Part shown: piece by piece, positions 38,956 to 49,274 of the stretch
Layout of the letters: each line of letters begins with the position of its first letter
Position numbering within the stretch: the stretch's first letter is position 1
IMG/VR virus record: IMGVR_UViG_3300025655_000026
Location: 13,517 to 77,516 of that record
DNA: 64,000 nt
Direction: 5' to 3' (one strand)
DNA from: a virus
The notes under the pieces: model-generated
The model's input: the letters and a program-made list of their open reading frames with translations, nothing else
Told to the model about the DNA's origin: nothing
Databases searched by the model: none
Position numbers and translations under genes: made by a program

Positions 38956-40167
38956 TCAAAACCAGTCAAAGTCCTCCTCCGCAGGAACAGGAACATCAAC
39001 TGGAGAACCATGTCGTGTTGTGACATAAATTCCAGCCGTATTGATTGTTGCTGGCTCAACTCCATCTTCACCTTGTCGTTGAGATGTTCTACCAATAACA
39101 ATAACAGTAGAACCAATACCAAAGTCAAGTTCAAGATGTTCGGGAATCCAACAAGTTACCATGCCAGTATCGTTTTCATAATCCATTTCTGCATTAAGGT
39201 CAGTAATGTTGATGATACGATTTCCATTTGAAGTTGGAGTCATATTCATGTTACAAACCGTTCCATCAGTAATGATATATCGGTCTTTGGCAGGAAGTGT
39301 TTGGATAGCCATGTGCCTACGGTCTAATTCAACCAAAGGTGTTAGTTTATCACTAAACTTCTCAACAAGAATTTCTTGAATGTCATAAGAACTAACATCA
39401 CGATAGGCTTCGCTTTCGGGGTCAAGGCTGTCATTCAAAGTAAGACTGTTAAGAGTCTTAGTTGTAGCACCGTAAATATCTTCTCCGTTATCATTAGCAA
39501 CACAAATAAAGTGAACCCATGTAAACGGTTGAGGTTGGAAATCAACGGCAGGTTGGTTTTTGTAAGAGAAATAATAAGGTTTCATTTCTCCTCCCATAAT
39601 TGAACCATAAAAGATACCTGCTCTACGATATTGTTCCTTTGGTAGGGGCTTACCGTAATTAGCATTCTTTCCACCACTCATATAAGATTCGGTTGCATCT
39701 AAAGGAATGTAGATTCGGCCATCTTCTAGAGTTTCAGCACCTTCGGGAAGGGCTGAAACAATCTTCTCTTGATATTGTCGGTTGTGGTATCGGGAGATAA
39801 CAAACTTACCTAGAGCGTTTTCAGTTGCTTGAGCAACAATACCTTCTTCAAGAGCCTTATCGGAATCACGAAGAAATGCTTCCTTTGCTTTGTTTCTGTT
39901 CCAACTCATCATGTCTCTAGGAGCATCAAGACTTACAAAGAAGCCAAAAGCATTCTTGTAGAGACTGTCTCCACCTGTGCTTCCTTCATTTCCGCTTTGC
40001 TTGCTTCGCTTTACATTTGCTACATAATTTCGCCATAGAGAAATAGCAACAGGGTTTTCTTGTGTCAAGTTGTTCTCTTGACAGATACCTGCATACTTCT
40101 CCATTGCTTCATCCAGTTCCATTTCTAGAACCTTCGCACCATTTTCAATTTCGGTTTCATAACTCAT
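38956..40167 (-). CDS. RPA/SSB-like OB-fold ssDNA-binding protein
   Basis: C-terminal OB-like 'RIINITD...VTCW...FGIGSTVIVIGRT' and acidic-aromatic tail EEDFDWF. Confidence 0.65.
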   Translation of the reverse strand: MSYETEIENGAKVLEMELDEAMEKYAGICQENNLTQENPVAISLWRNYVANVKRSKQSGNEGSTGGDSLYKNAFGFFVSLDAPRDMMSWNRNKAKEAFLRDSDKALEEGIVAQATENALGKFVISRYHNRQYQEKIVSALPEGAETLEDGRIYIPLDATESYMSGGKNANYGKPLPKEQYRRAGIFYGSIMGGEMKPYYFSYKNQPAVDFQPQPFTWVHFICVANDNGEDIYGATTKTLNSLTLNDSLDPESEAYRDVSSYDIQEILVEKFSDKLTPLVELDRRHMAIQTLPAKDRYIITDGTVCNMNMTPTSNGNRIINITDLNAEMDYENDTGMVTCWIPEHLELDFGIGSTVIVIGRTSQRQGEDGVEPATINTAGIYVTTRHGSPVDVPVPAEEDFDWF

Positions 40168-40236
40168 TTTTTCACCTCATTTACTTTTTTCTTTTTCATT
40201 TTTTTTTGCTTGTTCTATTTGTTAGTGAGTTCGTTC

Positions 40237-41148
40237 TCACATCAATTGACTAATCATCCAAGAGGCTAATACCTTTGGTGTCATAGTCATTGACCGCCAT
40301 TCTGCTTCTCCTATTGTTCTTAGAAACTTAAATTTGACATTACTATCAAGGCCATTAGAGGCAATGATAACATCATGTAGTCCATGACAAATTTCTTTGA
40401 TAGCCTTACCTTTGTAGAGCAAATCATGTATTTCACCTAAGACATTTGTATTTTTATTCAGTATTTTATCAATGATATTTTTGTATTCGTCAAGTGTATT
40501 TTCTATCTGTTTTGCTAGGGTAGAATTACTAGACTTTGCCGCCTGTATTTCTGTAATTGCCCTACGCATATCACCGTTCATAGCATATAAAAAGGATTCA
40601 ATCTCTTCACTTGAAAACTTAGTAATTGCTTCCTTAGCGAGAATTGATGAAATGACATGCATCATATCAGCATGACCTAATGGCTTAAAATGATAGTTTG
40701 CACATCGGCTTTGAAGTGCAAAGATAATTTTGTTACGGTCATTACAGGTAATGATGAAGCGAATGTTAGAAGAGTATCTTTCCATGATTCTCTTAAGCGC
40801 ATTCTGTGCGTCTGTGGTCATCCCATCCATTTCATCTAGCAAACACATACGGAACGGAACAGAACCAATGCTGGCGTTTCTAGCGATGTTCTTAATGGCG
40901 TTCCTAACAGTCTCCAATTTTCTATCATCGGAGGCATTAATCTCAAAGAAGTTATCATTGAAATTCTCGCCTAGCATTTCTTTACCTAGAATAATTCCAG
41001 CAGTTGTTTTTCCATTTCCCGAATTGCCATAAATTAAAACATTAGGCATTTCTTTTTCGTCAATCCAAGATTGAGCATCCATTGTAAAGTGTTGTTGTCC
41101 TACAATTTGGCTAATCTTATTAGGTCTATATTTTTCAGTCCATAGCAT
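40237..41148 (-). CDS. rfcS: replication factor C small subunit (clamp loader)
   Basis: 'WTEKYRP', GNSGNGKTT, 'EINASDDR', 'LDEMDGMT.DAQNAL', 'SRC', 'GDMRRA'. Confidence 0.92.
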   Translation of the reverse strand: MLWTEKYRPNKISQIVGQQHFTMDAQSWIDEKEMPNVLIYGNSGNGKTTAGIILGKEMLGENFNDNFFEINASDDRKLETVRNAIKNIARNASIGSVPFRMCLLDEMDGMTTDAQNALKRIMERYSSNIRFIITCNDRNKIIFALQSRCANYHFKPLGHADMMHVISSILAKEAITKFSSEEIESFLYAMNGDMRRAITEIQAAKSSNSTLAKQIENTLDEYKNIIDKILNKNTNVLGEIHDLLYKGKAIKEICHGLHDVIIASNGLDSNVKFKFLRTIGEAEWRSMTMTPKVLASWMISQLM

Positions 41149-41315
41149 TTTTATTCCTCATGATACATATTGTAATACATTCATTCTTTTAGCATAATTA
41201 TATCTTCTACATTCTAAACAACGAACTTCTTTTGCTAAAGATACTTCGCAGTTATAGCAATTGTTACAGATATAAACTCTCCATGTTAAATTTTTAATTT
41301 TTCTTAATCTCATTT

Positions 41316-41555
41316 TTATTCCTCTTCATAAGTCCACATAGCGGGATAATCTTCATTCACTTTGGTAAATCTACCACTAAGAATATTGGTTAGAGTTCCC
41401 ATTGAAGGGGCATCTCTCCATTTTTTTCTTATATTTCTTTTTTTATCATTATAGGCTACTAGATTTTGAAGCCTATCATAAATCTCAACAGTATCTAAAA
41501 CATCGTCTTTCAACATTATCTTTAATTTTTCAATAATTCTTACATTTCTAACCAT
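41316..41555 (-). CDS. small basic winged-helix-like protein
   Basis: 'LDTVEIYDRL...PSMGTLTNILSGRF.K'. Confidence 0.45.
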   Translation of the reverse strand: MVRNVRIIEKLKIMLKDDVLDTVEIYDRLQNLVAYNDKKRNIRKKWRDAPSMGTLTNILSGRFTKVNEDYPAMWTYEEE

Positions 41556-42397
41556 TAAAAATCCCCCAAAGTTCTTTGTTTAGATTTAATTTGTTGAACT
41601 TTCTTTCTAATTTTCTTTTCTCCAAGATTTAATAATCTACATTCAGCATTGTTCAATTTAGACTTTGCATATTTTCTAAAATCTTCATCTTTTAACAATT
41701 GCTTAAGTAAGCGTTCATCTTTAACTCCTAGCCTTTTTGCTAAGGCTGGAATCTTAGAATAAGTTCCACGCTTAGGCATGGTTGGTCTACCGAAAAAGTT
41801 TCCTGTATGTGCATAGGCTAACATCTCATAAAAGTAATCTTGACTCCATCTACGCTTTACAACTCCATCAACAAATATTAATTTATTTGGGTGTAAACTT
41901 TCAATTAACCAACTTAGTATTTGAGTATCGGATGGTTTGTTGAACTTCAACAACTCCGCCATCAAATCCCTATTAGATTCTTTGAGATATTCCATAGTCA
42001 AAGAAAATGTATCTCTTTCATAAGAGAGAGGCTTTTCGCTACGAGGCGCAATGGATTCAATGTTTTCTCGCAAAAACTCTTTGCTTCCTGCTCTCTTTAT
42101 TTGACACATTGATTTAATTTCATTAGGAACAGATTTCTCATTGATTGAAGTTAATACAACTAATCCTTTGTAATGTCTAAGAATAAATAAGACACTTTCT
42201 TTATCTATGTTATAATGAATATCTTCAATAAGAATTCCTTTTGAAATAGGCAATGACAATAAATCATTTACAAAACATTCATCGCCATAAAGAACTAATG
42301 GTTCATTCAAGAGAGAAAGAGCCTTTGTTGTTTTACCTGTTCCATTTTTTCCTGTAATTAATATTGGTCTATTATTATTCATGGTTGTTAATCCCAT
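41555..42397 (-). CDS. degenerate RFC large-subunit-like ATPase
   Basis: GKNGTGKTT, 'LIEDI'; C-terminal PIP-box-like 'KQRTLGDF'. Confidence 0.7.
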   Translation of the reverse strand: MGLTTMNNNRPILITGKNGTGKTTKALSLLNEPLVLYGDECFVNDLLSLPISKGILIEDIHYNIDKESVLFILRHYKGLVVLTSINEKSVPNEIKSMCQIKRAGSKEFLRENIESIAPRSEKPLSYERDTFSLTMEYLKESNRDLMAELLKFNKPSDTQILSWLIESLHPNKLIFVDGVVKRRWSQDYFYEMLAYAHTGNFFGRPTMPKRGTYSKIPALAKRLGVKDERLLKQLLKDEDFRKYAKSKLNNAECRLLNLGEKKIRKKVQQIKSKQRTLGDF

Positions 42398-42803
42398 ATT
42401 CGCATTCTCCTTTTATTTCTACTAATCTTTCTATTCCTTCTAAAGTTAAATGTCGTCTATCCGACATAATATCTACTGCTTCTCTAAACAACTTCCATTC
42501 ATCTTTTGCATCGGGAAGTTCGGGAACGAGTTCTTTTGTTTTACATAAGTTCTTGACTCCACCAATATACAAAACAGGCATTGGTCTTTTTTTGTTTTCT
42601 TTTTCTCGGTATGTTGTTTCAATACCATGTTGAAGAAGGCTTCTTCTTAGAGCCAAAATAAATTCATTTTTTCCACGAATGACAAGGCGCAATCTAACAT
42701 TGTAGCCTATTTGCATTCTTTCATCTACTGACATATGTAAATTCATCTTAGACGATGAAAGCAAAATACCCGTAATTATATCCTTACTAAACACCGTAAT
42801 CAC
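42375..42803 (-). CDS. LAGLIDADG-fold protein (degenerate)
   Basis: 'GYNVRLRL...W.LF.EAV.IM....HLTLEGIERLVEIK'; the catalytic acidic motif is not evident. Confidence 0.6.
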   Translation of the reverse strand: MITVFSKDIITGILLSSSKMNLHMSVDERMQIGYNVRLRLVIRGKNEFILALRRSLLQHGIETTYREKENKKRPMPVLYIGGVKNLCKTKELVPELPDAKDEWKLFREAVDIMSDRRHLTLEGIERLVEIKGECEYGINNHE

Positions 42804-43152
42804 ACTTGCCTTTACCTAAGAAATCAAACTTGAATCTTAGATATTCAATGCCTTCACCGATAAGATGAACCATTGCTTCTTCATGAGCCAATTCACCTCC
42901 AAAAATAAATGTTATCTTTGTTCCTTGAAAGCAATTCATTGCTCTTGCCTGTGTTTCAGTAATATAATCAACAATGACAACATACGGTGTTTCTTTTTCA
43001 GTAATAGCAAAGAACTTACTAAACAAACCGAGACTCAACATATTAACTTCGTCTAAATCAATATCACCGTATGCTATAAAACTAAGTGTGGTCACAAAAC
43101 CATATTTATTAATCAAACCTACAACTTCTTCATCGGTGAACATGATAATCAC
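42787..43152 (-). CDS. hypothetical protein
   Basis: Coupled ORF. Confidence 0.55.
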   Translation of the reverse strand: MIIMFTDEEVVGLINKYGFVTTLSFIAYGDIDLDEVNMLSLGLFSKFFAITEKETPYVVIVDYITETQARAMNCFQGTKITFIFGGELAHEEAMVHLIGEGIEYLRFKFDFLGKGKCDYGV

Positions 43153-44681
43153 TAAGCCATTCTTTCTATATCTTCTAAGGTATTAATATCTGCAACATAT
43201 TTATCATCTCTAATTCTTTCCATTCTTGGAAATCTTAATCCATAATTACCATTCGCATCAGTTGAAATTAAATCAGCCTTAACCTGTAAAACAATTCTAG
43301 GTAAGAAAGTAAATTTACCATTATTGAAACTTTCAACATTGCGTTTTAATTGATTCGTTAAAGTAACTAATTGTTGGTCACTAAATCCTGTTCCTACTTT
43401 TCCTATGGAAGTAAACCCTGTTAATGATTTAACTCCGACTTCAAAGGTAGAGAACACATTTGATTTCTTACCTTCACCATATTCGGCTGATAGAATAACA
43501 ACATCAAGTTCAATTCTAGGAGGTTTGTATTTAGCCCATCCTTGACTTCTTTTACCTGCTTCATAAGGAAGAGAGGCATCCTTAACAATAATACCTTCAA
43601 ATCCATCGTTGATGGCATTATTGTAAAAAGCGAGAACATCTTCTCCTTCGGTCATTCTATGTGCTTGATTAGGAACACTAGAGAAACGCTCTAATCGTTC
43701 TCTATAAGATAAGTTCATTGTAGTTTCATTGCCCCACTTCAAACAGTCAAAGATAACCCACTTGACTAAAACCTTACTTACTGCTTCTTGAGTATTCTTA
43801 GAATGAACTCTAGTAGCCATGTGTTTGTGTTCAAGAGGATAGCCATGAGAATCTACTGGATAAATCTCTCCATCAAATATTGCTTCTTCTACTGCATATC
43901 CTTGAAGAATCTCAACTACATCAGGAAATTGATTTGTTACTACACTTCCTTTTCTATTGAAGATAATAACTGAATTACCTTTCTTATGAATTTGATACCT
44001 ATTACCATCATATTTGTAATCTACAATCTTATCCTTTGGCCACTTCGCCATAGGAATTTCTTTTGCTAACATAGGTGAAATGAACTTACCATGAACTAAA
44101 TTCATTGGAGGCTCATTCCCCATTTCATAATAAGATACAACATTAGAAAGGCTATTGAAATTACAATGTTTCTTAGTATCGGTTAATTTCTTATTATAGT
44201 GTTTAGCGACTGCCTTTTCACAAATACCCGAATTAATACCATTTCTAGGCACTCTTAACCAATAGCGAATAAACCACCTTCTTTCTAATGACGACATTTC
44301 AAAAATCGCATCTTTTACTAGTTCATAAGAAGTGCTGGAAATACTAGCACAATCTAATTCTAGAAGTCTAACAATATTTTTCAAAGAAGAATGAGTAGTT
44401 GTTTCTTTACTAGATTGAAGATAATAAACTGCATCACCTAAATCGTTATGCGCTGAATAATATTCTTCTATCTCATCATCAAATACTTCAAACATTTTAG
44501 CCATCCATTTCTTTGCTTTGGCTAAACCAATATTATTAGATTCTAAGTCTAAAGAAAGAATCTTAACTAAACTCTCTTTATCTTCAAAATTCCCCAATGC
44601 CGTTGAAATCAACTTGACCTGTTGAGTTGGTTGTTTCAAATCTGTTGCTTCTAATAGTCTGCTCATTGTCATCCAATTCAT
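43152..44681 (-). CDS. lig: ATP-dependent DNA ligase
   Basis: KYDG, 'FDGE', 'EGIIVK', 'WAKYK', 'VGTGFS', 'LRFPR..RIRDDK'. Confidence 0.93.
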   Translation of the reverse strand: MNWMTMSRLLEATDLKQPTQQVKLISTALGNFEDKESLVKILSLDLESNNIGLAKAKKWMAKMFEVFDDEIEEYYSAHNDLGDAVYYLQSSKETTTHSSLKNIVRLLELDCASISSTSYELVKDAIFEMSSLERRWFIRYWLRVPRNGINSGICEKAVAKHYNKKLTDTKKHCNFNSLSNVVSYYEMGNEPPMNLVHGKFISPMLAKEIPMAKWPKDKIVDYKYDGNRYQIHKKGNSVIIFNRKGSVVTNQFPDVVEILQGYAVEEAIFDGEIYPVDSHGYPLEHKHMATRVHSKNTQEAVSKVLVKWVIFDCLKWGNETTMNLSYRERLERFSSVPNQAHRMTEGEDVLAFYNNAINDGFEGIIVKDASLPYEAGKRSQGWAKYKPPRIELDVVILSAEYGEGKKSNVFSTFEVGVKSLTGFTSIGKVGTGFSDQQLVTLTNQLKRNVESFNNGKFTFLPRIVLQVKADLISTDANGNYGLRFPRMERIRDDKYVADINTLEDIERMA

Positions 44682-44797
44682 CTATAATCACTTCCATATT
44701 CTTATTTATTTTTACAATCATTTCTTTAATCAAGGGAGAAATCTTCCCATTATTTGTTTCAGCATACTGCCAAAGAATACCTGCTAATTTTACCCAC

Positions 44798-45148
44798 TCA
44801 CTCTTCTTCATCGGGTTCAACCGCCTGTAATAATCTCAAGAAATTACTAATCATTTGATTAGTAACATGGGCTTCCTGTTCTTTTTCCTGTTCAAGAAAC
44901 CGATGCATTAAATGAATTAATGTTGCTTGAGTAATAGCAGGACTCATCTTAAGAAGCCCTCCTCCCCTTTGAATCTCCCAATAAGAAACAAAGGTTGCCT
45001 TTGCTAAATGATTAGCATATCGCATTTCCCCTACACTAGAATTAAAATGGTCTAGAAGAATAGGAGTTCTTCTCAATCTTTTTCTTTGCTCATCAACCCA
45101 CGATGCAAATTTCTTATCGTTTGTGCATATTAAATATAATTTATTCAT
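44798..45148 (-). CDS. hypothetical protein
   Basis: Coupled ORF. Confidence 0.55.
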   Translation of the reverse strand: MNKLYLICTNDKKFASWVDEQRKRLRRTPILLDHFNSSVGEMRYANHLAKATFVSYWEIQRGGGLLKMSPAITQATLIHLMHRFLEQEKEQEAHVTNQMISNFLRLLQAVEPDEEE

Positions 45149-45411
45149 TTCATTCTCTCCTCAGTATTTATGAACCATTCTTTCATCATCTGTAATTCCA
45201 CTAACATAATTTGTTCGTGAACATGACTCGGTTCTAATCTAGAACCTCTACCTGTTGTTGCTGGAGGCAATGACTTCTCAATAATAGAAGCCATCAAATC
45301 AACAAATTCCCCCATTTGTTCTTGAAAAGCACTAACTGCATTCTTTGAATGTTGTCTTTTTGGATTTGCTTTACTAAGACTTTCTTTTGCTTGAACATAA
45401 CTAATTCTCAT
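45145..45411 (-). CDS. putative divergent histone-fold protein
   Basis: Short helix - 'RQHSKNAV' - long helix - 'SRLEPSHV' - helix; spacing matches the histone fold. Confidence 0.5.
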   Translation of the reverse strand: MRISYVQAKESLSKANPKRQHSKNAVSAFQEQMGEFVDLMASIIEKSLPPATTGRGSRLEPSHVHEQIMLVELQMMKEWFINTEERMK

Positions 45412-45604
45412 CTAATTCCCTCTTTAAAATCTCAAGAAGAAGTTTTGCTTCTTCTCTATTCATTCTAATTCCTTTAACTGTTGGTTTATCATTTTTAGCC
45501 CATCTAATATCAATGACTGGTATATTCCAATATACACCTGCACGAATAATAACTTCGTCTACATCACTTCTTACTACTCTTCCAATCATAGGTAAGTCGC
45601 TCAA
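45401..45604 (-). CDS. PC4/Sub1-family ssDNA-binding protein
   Basis: 'IDIRW....KPT.KGI.M...E'. Confidence 0.75.
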   Translation of the reverse strand: MSDLPMIGRVVRSDVDEVIIRAGVYWNIPVIDIRWAKNDKPTVKGIRMNREEAKLLLEILKRELDEN

Positions 45605-45996
45605 TTAATCCACCCCTGTTTAAATTTATCAAGTTCCTGTCTTGAAGTAAAATATCTAGGAGTATTACCTCCACTTAAAGGATTACATATCCAACATGCA
45701 CCACCAATACTTGAAATTTGAACAATCTCAAATTGCTCATCATTTACTTCGCACACTTCTATTGTATTTACTTCGGGAACTAAACCATACATGCGAGTAA
45801 TTTCCGAAGCAACATCATGAATGTTATCTACAACATACTTGATAATGTGCGCTCTTTGAATTGGAATTTTAGGTGCAACTTGAAACTTTACTTGGCCTGT
45901 CATGCTACAAACCTTACATTTATTTCCTTCACAAATAGGACATTTAATTTCCGCATCGTAAGGAGCAGGTAATGTAACGGTGACGGCTTTCTTCAC
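45601..45996 (-). CDS. protein with a DnaJ-type Zn motif
   Basis: CPICEG.KC.VC..TG. Confidence 0.5.
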   Translation of the reverse strand: MKKAVTVTLPAPYDAEIKCPICEGNKCKVCSMTGQVKFQVAPKIPIQRAHIIKYVVDNIHDVASEITRMYGLVPEVNTIEVCEVNDEQFEIVQISSIGGACWICNPLSGGNTPRYFTSRQELDKFKQGWIN

Positions 45997-46190
45997 TCGG
46001 CTTCCTCCACAAATTTGCGAAGTTTATATCTATTAAATCCTTTTAATAAATCATGCATAACTGTGGCATGAGTATTCCAAGCCCATGTAAGAAAACTAAC
46101 TTCTACTTCGGCTTCCCAACAATCAGCACAAAAATCACCATCAATCAAATGTTCTTTTAACATACTTCTATGACAAATACTGCATTCCAT
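45993..46190 (-). CDS. small Zn-finger protein
   Basis: CSIC...CADC. Confidence 0.5.
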   Translation of the reverse strand: MECSICHRSMLKEHLIDGDFCADCWEAEVEVSFLTWAWNTHATVMHDLLKGFNRYKLRKFVEEAE

Positions 46191-46192
46191 AT

Positions 46193-47683
46193 CTATTCCT
46201 CCACTAATACGGCTACATCAGTTGTCAAGAACAAACTAGCAATAGACATTGCGGCAACAAAACTATTCTTTGTTACTTTTACGGGGTCAAAGACTCCAGC
46301 CATTTCCAAATCTTCATATTGGCATGTTAAAGCATTGTAGCCTTTATCTCTCAAGAGCGAGAGAGATAACTCTCCACCACTATTACTAATCAAAGTAGTT
46401 AATGGTGCAATTAGAGAAGACTTTACAATTGTGTGTCCTAGAGAATCCCCTAGAGCCTCTCTAGCCTCATAGAGAGTCATACCACCACCAATGACAATAC
46501 CTTCGCTTAAAGCGGCCTTAGTAGCGTTAAGAGCGTCATCTAATCTCTCCTTCTTTTCTCTCATTTCAAGTTGAGAACCTGCGCCAACTCTAATAGTGGC
46601 TACTCCACCACTTAAGCGAGCAATTCTTGATTTGATTCTAGACAAATCAAAGCCCTCCATGTCTTGAGCAATCTCTCTCAATTGAGAAATCTTTTGAGAA
46701 GTATCGCCAACGCCTCCGATGATAGTAGTATATTCCTTGCCAATAATAATCTTCTCACATTGACCGAACTCTTCATATGAAATCAACTTAGGGTCATCTC
46801 TAGATTCATCATTGAATACTTTACCTCCGACTAAAGAACAGGTATCTTGTAATTCATCTAATTGAGCATCGCCAAAGTTAGGTGCTAGAATGGCCGCACA
46901 TTGAATTGTCTTATTCATAATATTCATCATAAGATTAGCCAACGCTGAACCCTCAATTCCCTTTGAAATAATTAGAAGAGGTTGTTGCTTAACAGAAGCA
47001 ATTTCTAACATAGGTAATAAATCTTGAAATGCCTTAATCTTTAGATTAGAAAGGAAAATCAAAGGATTCTCAAAAGTGCATCTTCCATCTTCATCAGCCA
47101 TAAGATGAGAAATATATCCTTCATCTAAACGAACTCCTTCCCTAGTAATTAATTCAGTTCTATGAGATTTTGCTTCTTCAACAGTAACAATACCTTCTCT
47201 ACCAACTGCACTAATTGCATCTTGAATCAATTGTCCTAGAGAAGCATCGTTATTAGCGGCAATCGTAGCGATGTTTAGAATATTATCATCTTCAATAGGT
47301 GTTGCCTTATCATCTAAATACTTTAGAATGATTTCTTGGGCTTCTTCTAATTGAAGTCTTAACTCATGAATGTTAAATGTTTCAAGTTCAGCAATGCTAT
47401 TACATAGAGCCTTAGCAATAACGCAAGCAGTTGTTGTTCCATCACCGCTAGAATCCTGTGCTTTACTGGCTAAGTTTTGAACCATTTGAACTCCCATTTG
47501 AATATAAGGGTCTTCGCTTCTAACATATTTAGTGATAGTAACTCCGTCATTAATGATAATAGGAGGTTCACCTTGAAGAATAACAGTTCTCGCTTGTGGC
47601 CCTAATGTTGGGCTAACTGTATCAGCGACTAAATTAATACCTTCAAGCAATTTGTTTTTTACTTCCTTTCCATATAAAATCAT
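46193..47683 (-). CDS. groEL: group I (GroEL-like) chaperonin
   Basis: 'TLGP', 'NDGVTI', 'GDGTTT', 'APNFGD', 'RIARLSGGVA.I.VG', 'DALNATKAA..EGIV.GGG'. Confidence 0.93.
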   Translation of the reverse strand: MILYGKEVKNKLLEGINLVADTVSPTLGPQARTVILQGEPPIIINDGVTITKYVRSEDPYIQMGVQMVQNLASKAQDSSGDGTTTACVIAKALCNSIAELETFNIHELRLQLEEAQEIILKYLDDKATPIEDDNILNIATIAANNDASLGQLIQDAISAVGREGIVTVEEAKSHRTELITREGVRLDEGYISHLMADEDGRCTFENPLIFLSNLKIKAFQDLLPMLEIASVKQQPLLIISKGIEGSALANLMMNIMNKTIQCAAILAPNFGDAQLDELQDTCSLVGGKVFNDESRDDPKLISYEEFGQCEKIIIGKEYTTIIGGVGDTSQKISQLREIAQDMEGFDLSRIKSRIARLSGGVATIRVGAGSQLEMREKKERLDDALNATKAALSEGIVIGGGMTLYEAREALGDSLGHTIVKSSLIAPLTTLISNSGGELSLSLLRDKGYNALTCQYEDLEMAGVFDPVKVTKNSFVAAMSIASLFLTTDVAVLVEE

Positions 47684-47941
47684 TCAATCATCTCCATATC
47701 TTCTTCCAAAAAACCATAACAATTAGGACACTCAATTAAATCACCCTTTACGAAATTGTGGCAATGAGGACATAATACTTCGCTCATTCTTTCACCAACC
47801 CATAATAGCCTTCTTCCATGACAGGAAGTCCAATATATTCAGCATAGCACTTTTCACTACAAAAGTTTCTAATCCCAATCGCAGTCGGAATTTCTTTGTA
47901 GATAGGAGAAGCATCACACATGGCGCAATAATTTCTACCCG

Positions 47942-48166
47942 TCATTCTTCCACCAGCCTAGTTTGAAGGCCTTTCCACAAATCATAGTTTTGCTTCTTAG
48001 TTGGAATTGAATCTAAGAGCATATGAATAATGCTTACTAAGAATTGTAGTTCCCCTACTAAGTATCTATCAGTAATTTCTTCTCGGAATAAATCACCATT
48101 TTCTGTCAAATCTAACATTTGAGTTAGAATACTTTCATATAATTCAATATCATTCATTTTTTCCAC
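47942..48166 (-). CDS. hypothetical protein
   Basis: ORF in a cluster of small genes. Confidence 0.45.
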   Translation of the reverse strand: MEKMNDIELYESILTQMLDLTENGDLFREEITDRYLVGELQFLVSIIHMLLDSIPTKKQNYDLWKGLQTRLVEE

Positions 48167-48235
48167 ACTCGCATAATTTTTCTATTCTATAAAATACACC
48201 ACATATTTCACATTCTACTGGAATTGCACCGCACA

Positions 48236-48463
48236 TTATTCTTCACCTAATACTGCTAAAATAGAACTGTATTCAACAAATAAGTAATTATCAAATTCTT
48301 CGTATCTATTCTTAGATGACCAAATTACTTTCTTACCAATGATGGATTCATCAACATCACATGAGATACATACTCCTTCATTGCGATGCATGGAAAGAAT
48401 ACCACTCGCTGATTTCCTTTGTTCAATTTCAACTATTACCCAATTACCAACTGCTTTCATCAT
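48236..48463 (-). CDS. groES: GroES-like co-chaperonin
   Basis: 'MKAVGNWVIV....KSASGI...G.....G..V......ILAV'; about 0.55 kb upstream of groEL. Confidence 0.7.
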   Translation of the reverse strand: MMKAVGNWVIVEIEQRKSASGILSMHRNEGVCISCDVDESIIGKKVIWSSKNRYEEFDNYLFVEYSSILAVLGEE

Positions 48464-48753
48464 TCTACCTCCAAAACTGCATCATTATGCTCGCATATCC
48501 TACAAATATTGTTAGAGTATAAAAGAGATTCATAATATTCAATCTTTTCTTGAAGTAATTTATTCTCTTTTTTCAATTTGTTATATTGTATTGCGAGTCC
48601 TCTACTCATCATTCCACCTCATGCCTTTGTTTAAGAGTGCGGCAACCGCTAATGCTTCCTGCTCACTTTGGGTTAAGAAGAAATTATAGTCGTCTTTCTT
48701 AACATACCATGAATCACCGAGAACTTTTGAGTCTACTTTAGTAATAATCCACT

Positions 48754-49263
48754 TCATTCTTCATCATCCTCACATTCACATTCAAAACAATTTTCACAAC
48801 CGCTACATTCACCATTCTCGCATTCCCAATCAGCGTCGTCACGAAAAACAATATGGCCACAATTCCAACATGTAGTCATAGAATTATCATGTCTGTCGTT
48901 AATATAAACAACACCGTCTTCAACATATAAATCGGGTTTTTTGTCAAAGAGCATACCGACACGGCTCGCCTCATATCGGGGCGCATTAGGTAATTTATCA
49001 AGGTCAATGATACAGAAAATACCTGCATCAACACCGAATGAATTTGCACCATTTGTAGTTTCAACACCATTAAAAGTCCATGTGCCATCTCCACCGTTTG
49101 ACCAAATAGTGAGTTCTTGACCTTTCCAATCAAATACAGAATCACAATGGTTTCCATAGTCTTGAACCTTCGCCCGATTAGATTGAAGGAATGTTGCTTC
49201 ACAAAACTCACTCCATTCGTCATCGGGAATAATATAACAGGGGTCGCCAATATAATATTTCAT
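48754..49263 (-). CDS. conserved-looking hypothetical protein (YIGDPCY / GGDG / FGVDAG) with Cys-rich tail
   Basis: Motifs as listed. Confidence 0.55.
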   Translation of the reverse strand: MKYYIGDPCYIIPDDEWSEFCEATFLQSNRAKVQDYGNHCDSVFDWKGQELTIWSNGGDGTWTFNGVETTNGANSFGVDAGIFCIIDLDKLPNAPRYEASRVGMLFDKKPDLYVEDGVVYINDRHDNSMTTCWNCGHIVFRDDADWECENGECSGCENCFECECEDDEE

Positions 49264-49274
49264 TCTTCTTCACC

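Noticed and set aside
42375-42803. Mobile intron-encoded homing endonuclease
   Set aside because: It is free-standing, coupled to its neighbours, interrupts no gene, and lacks the acidic LAGLIDADG motif.
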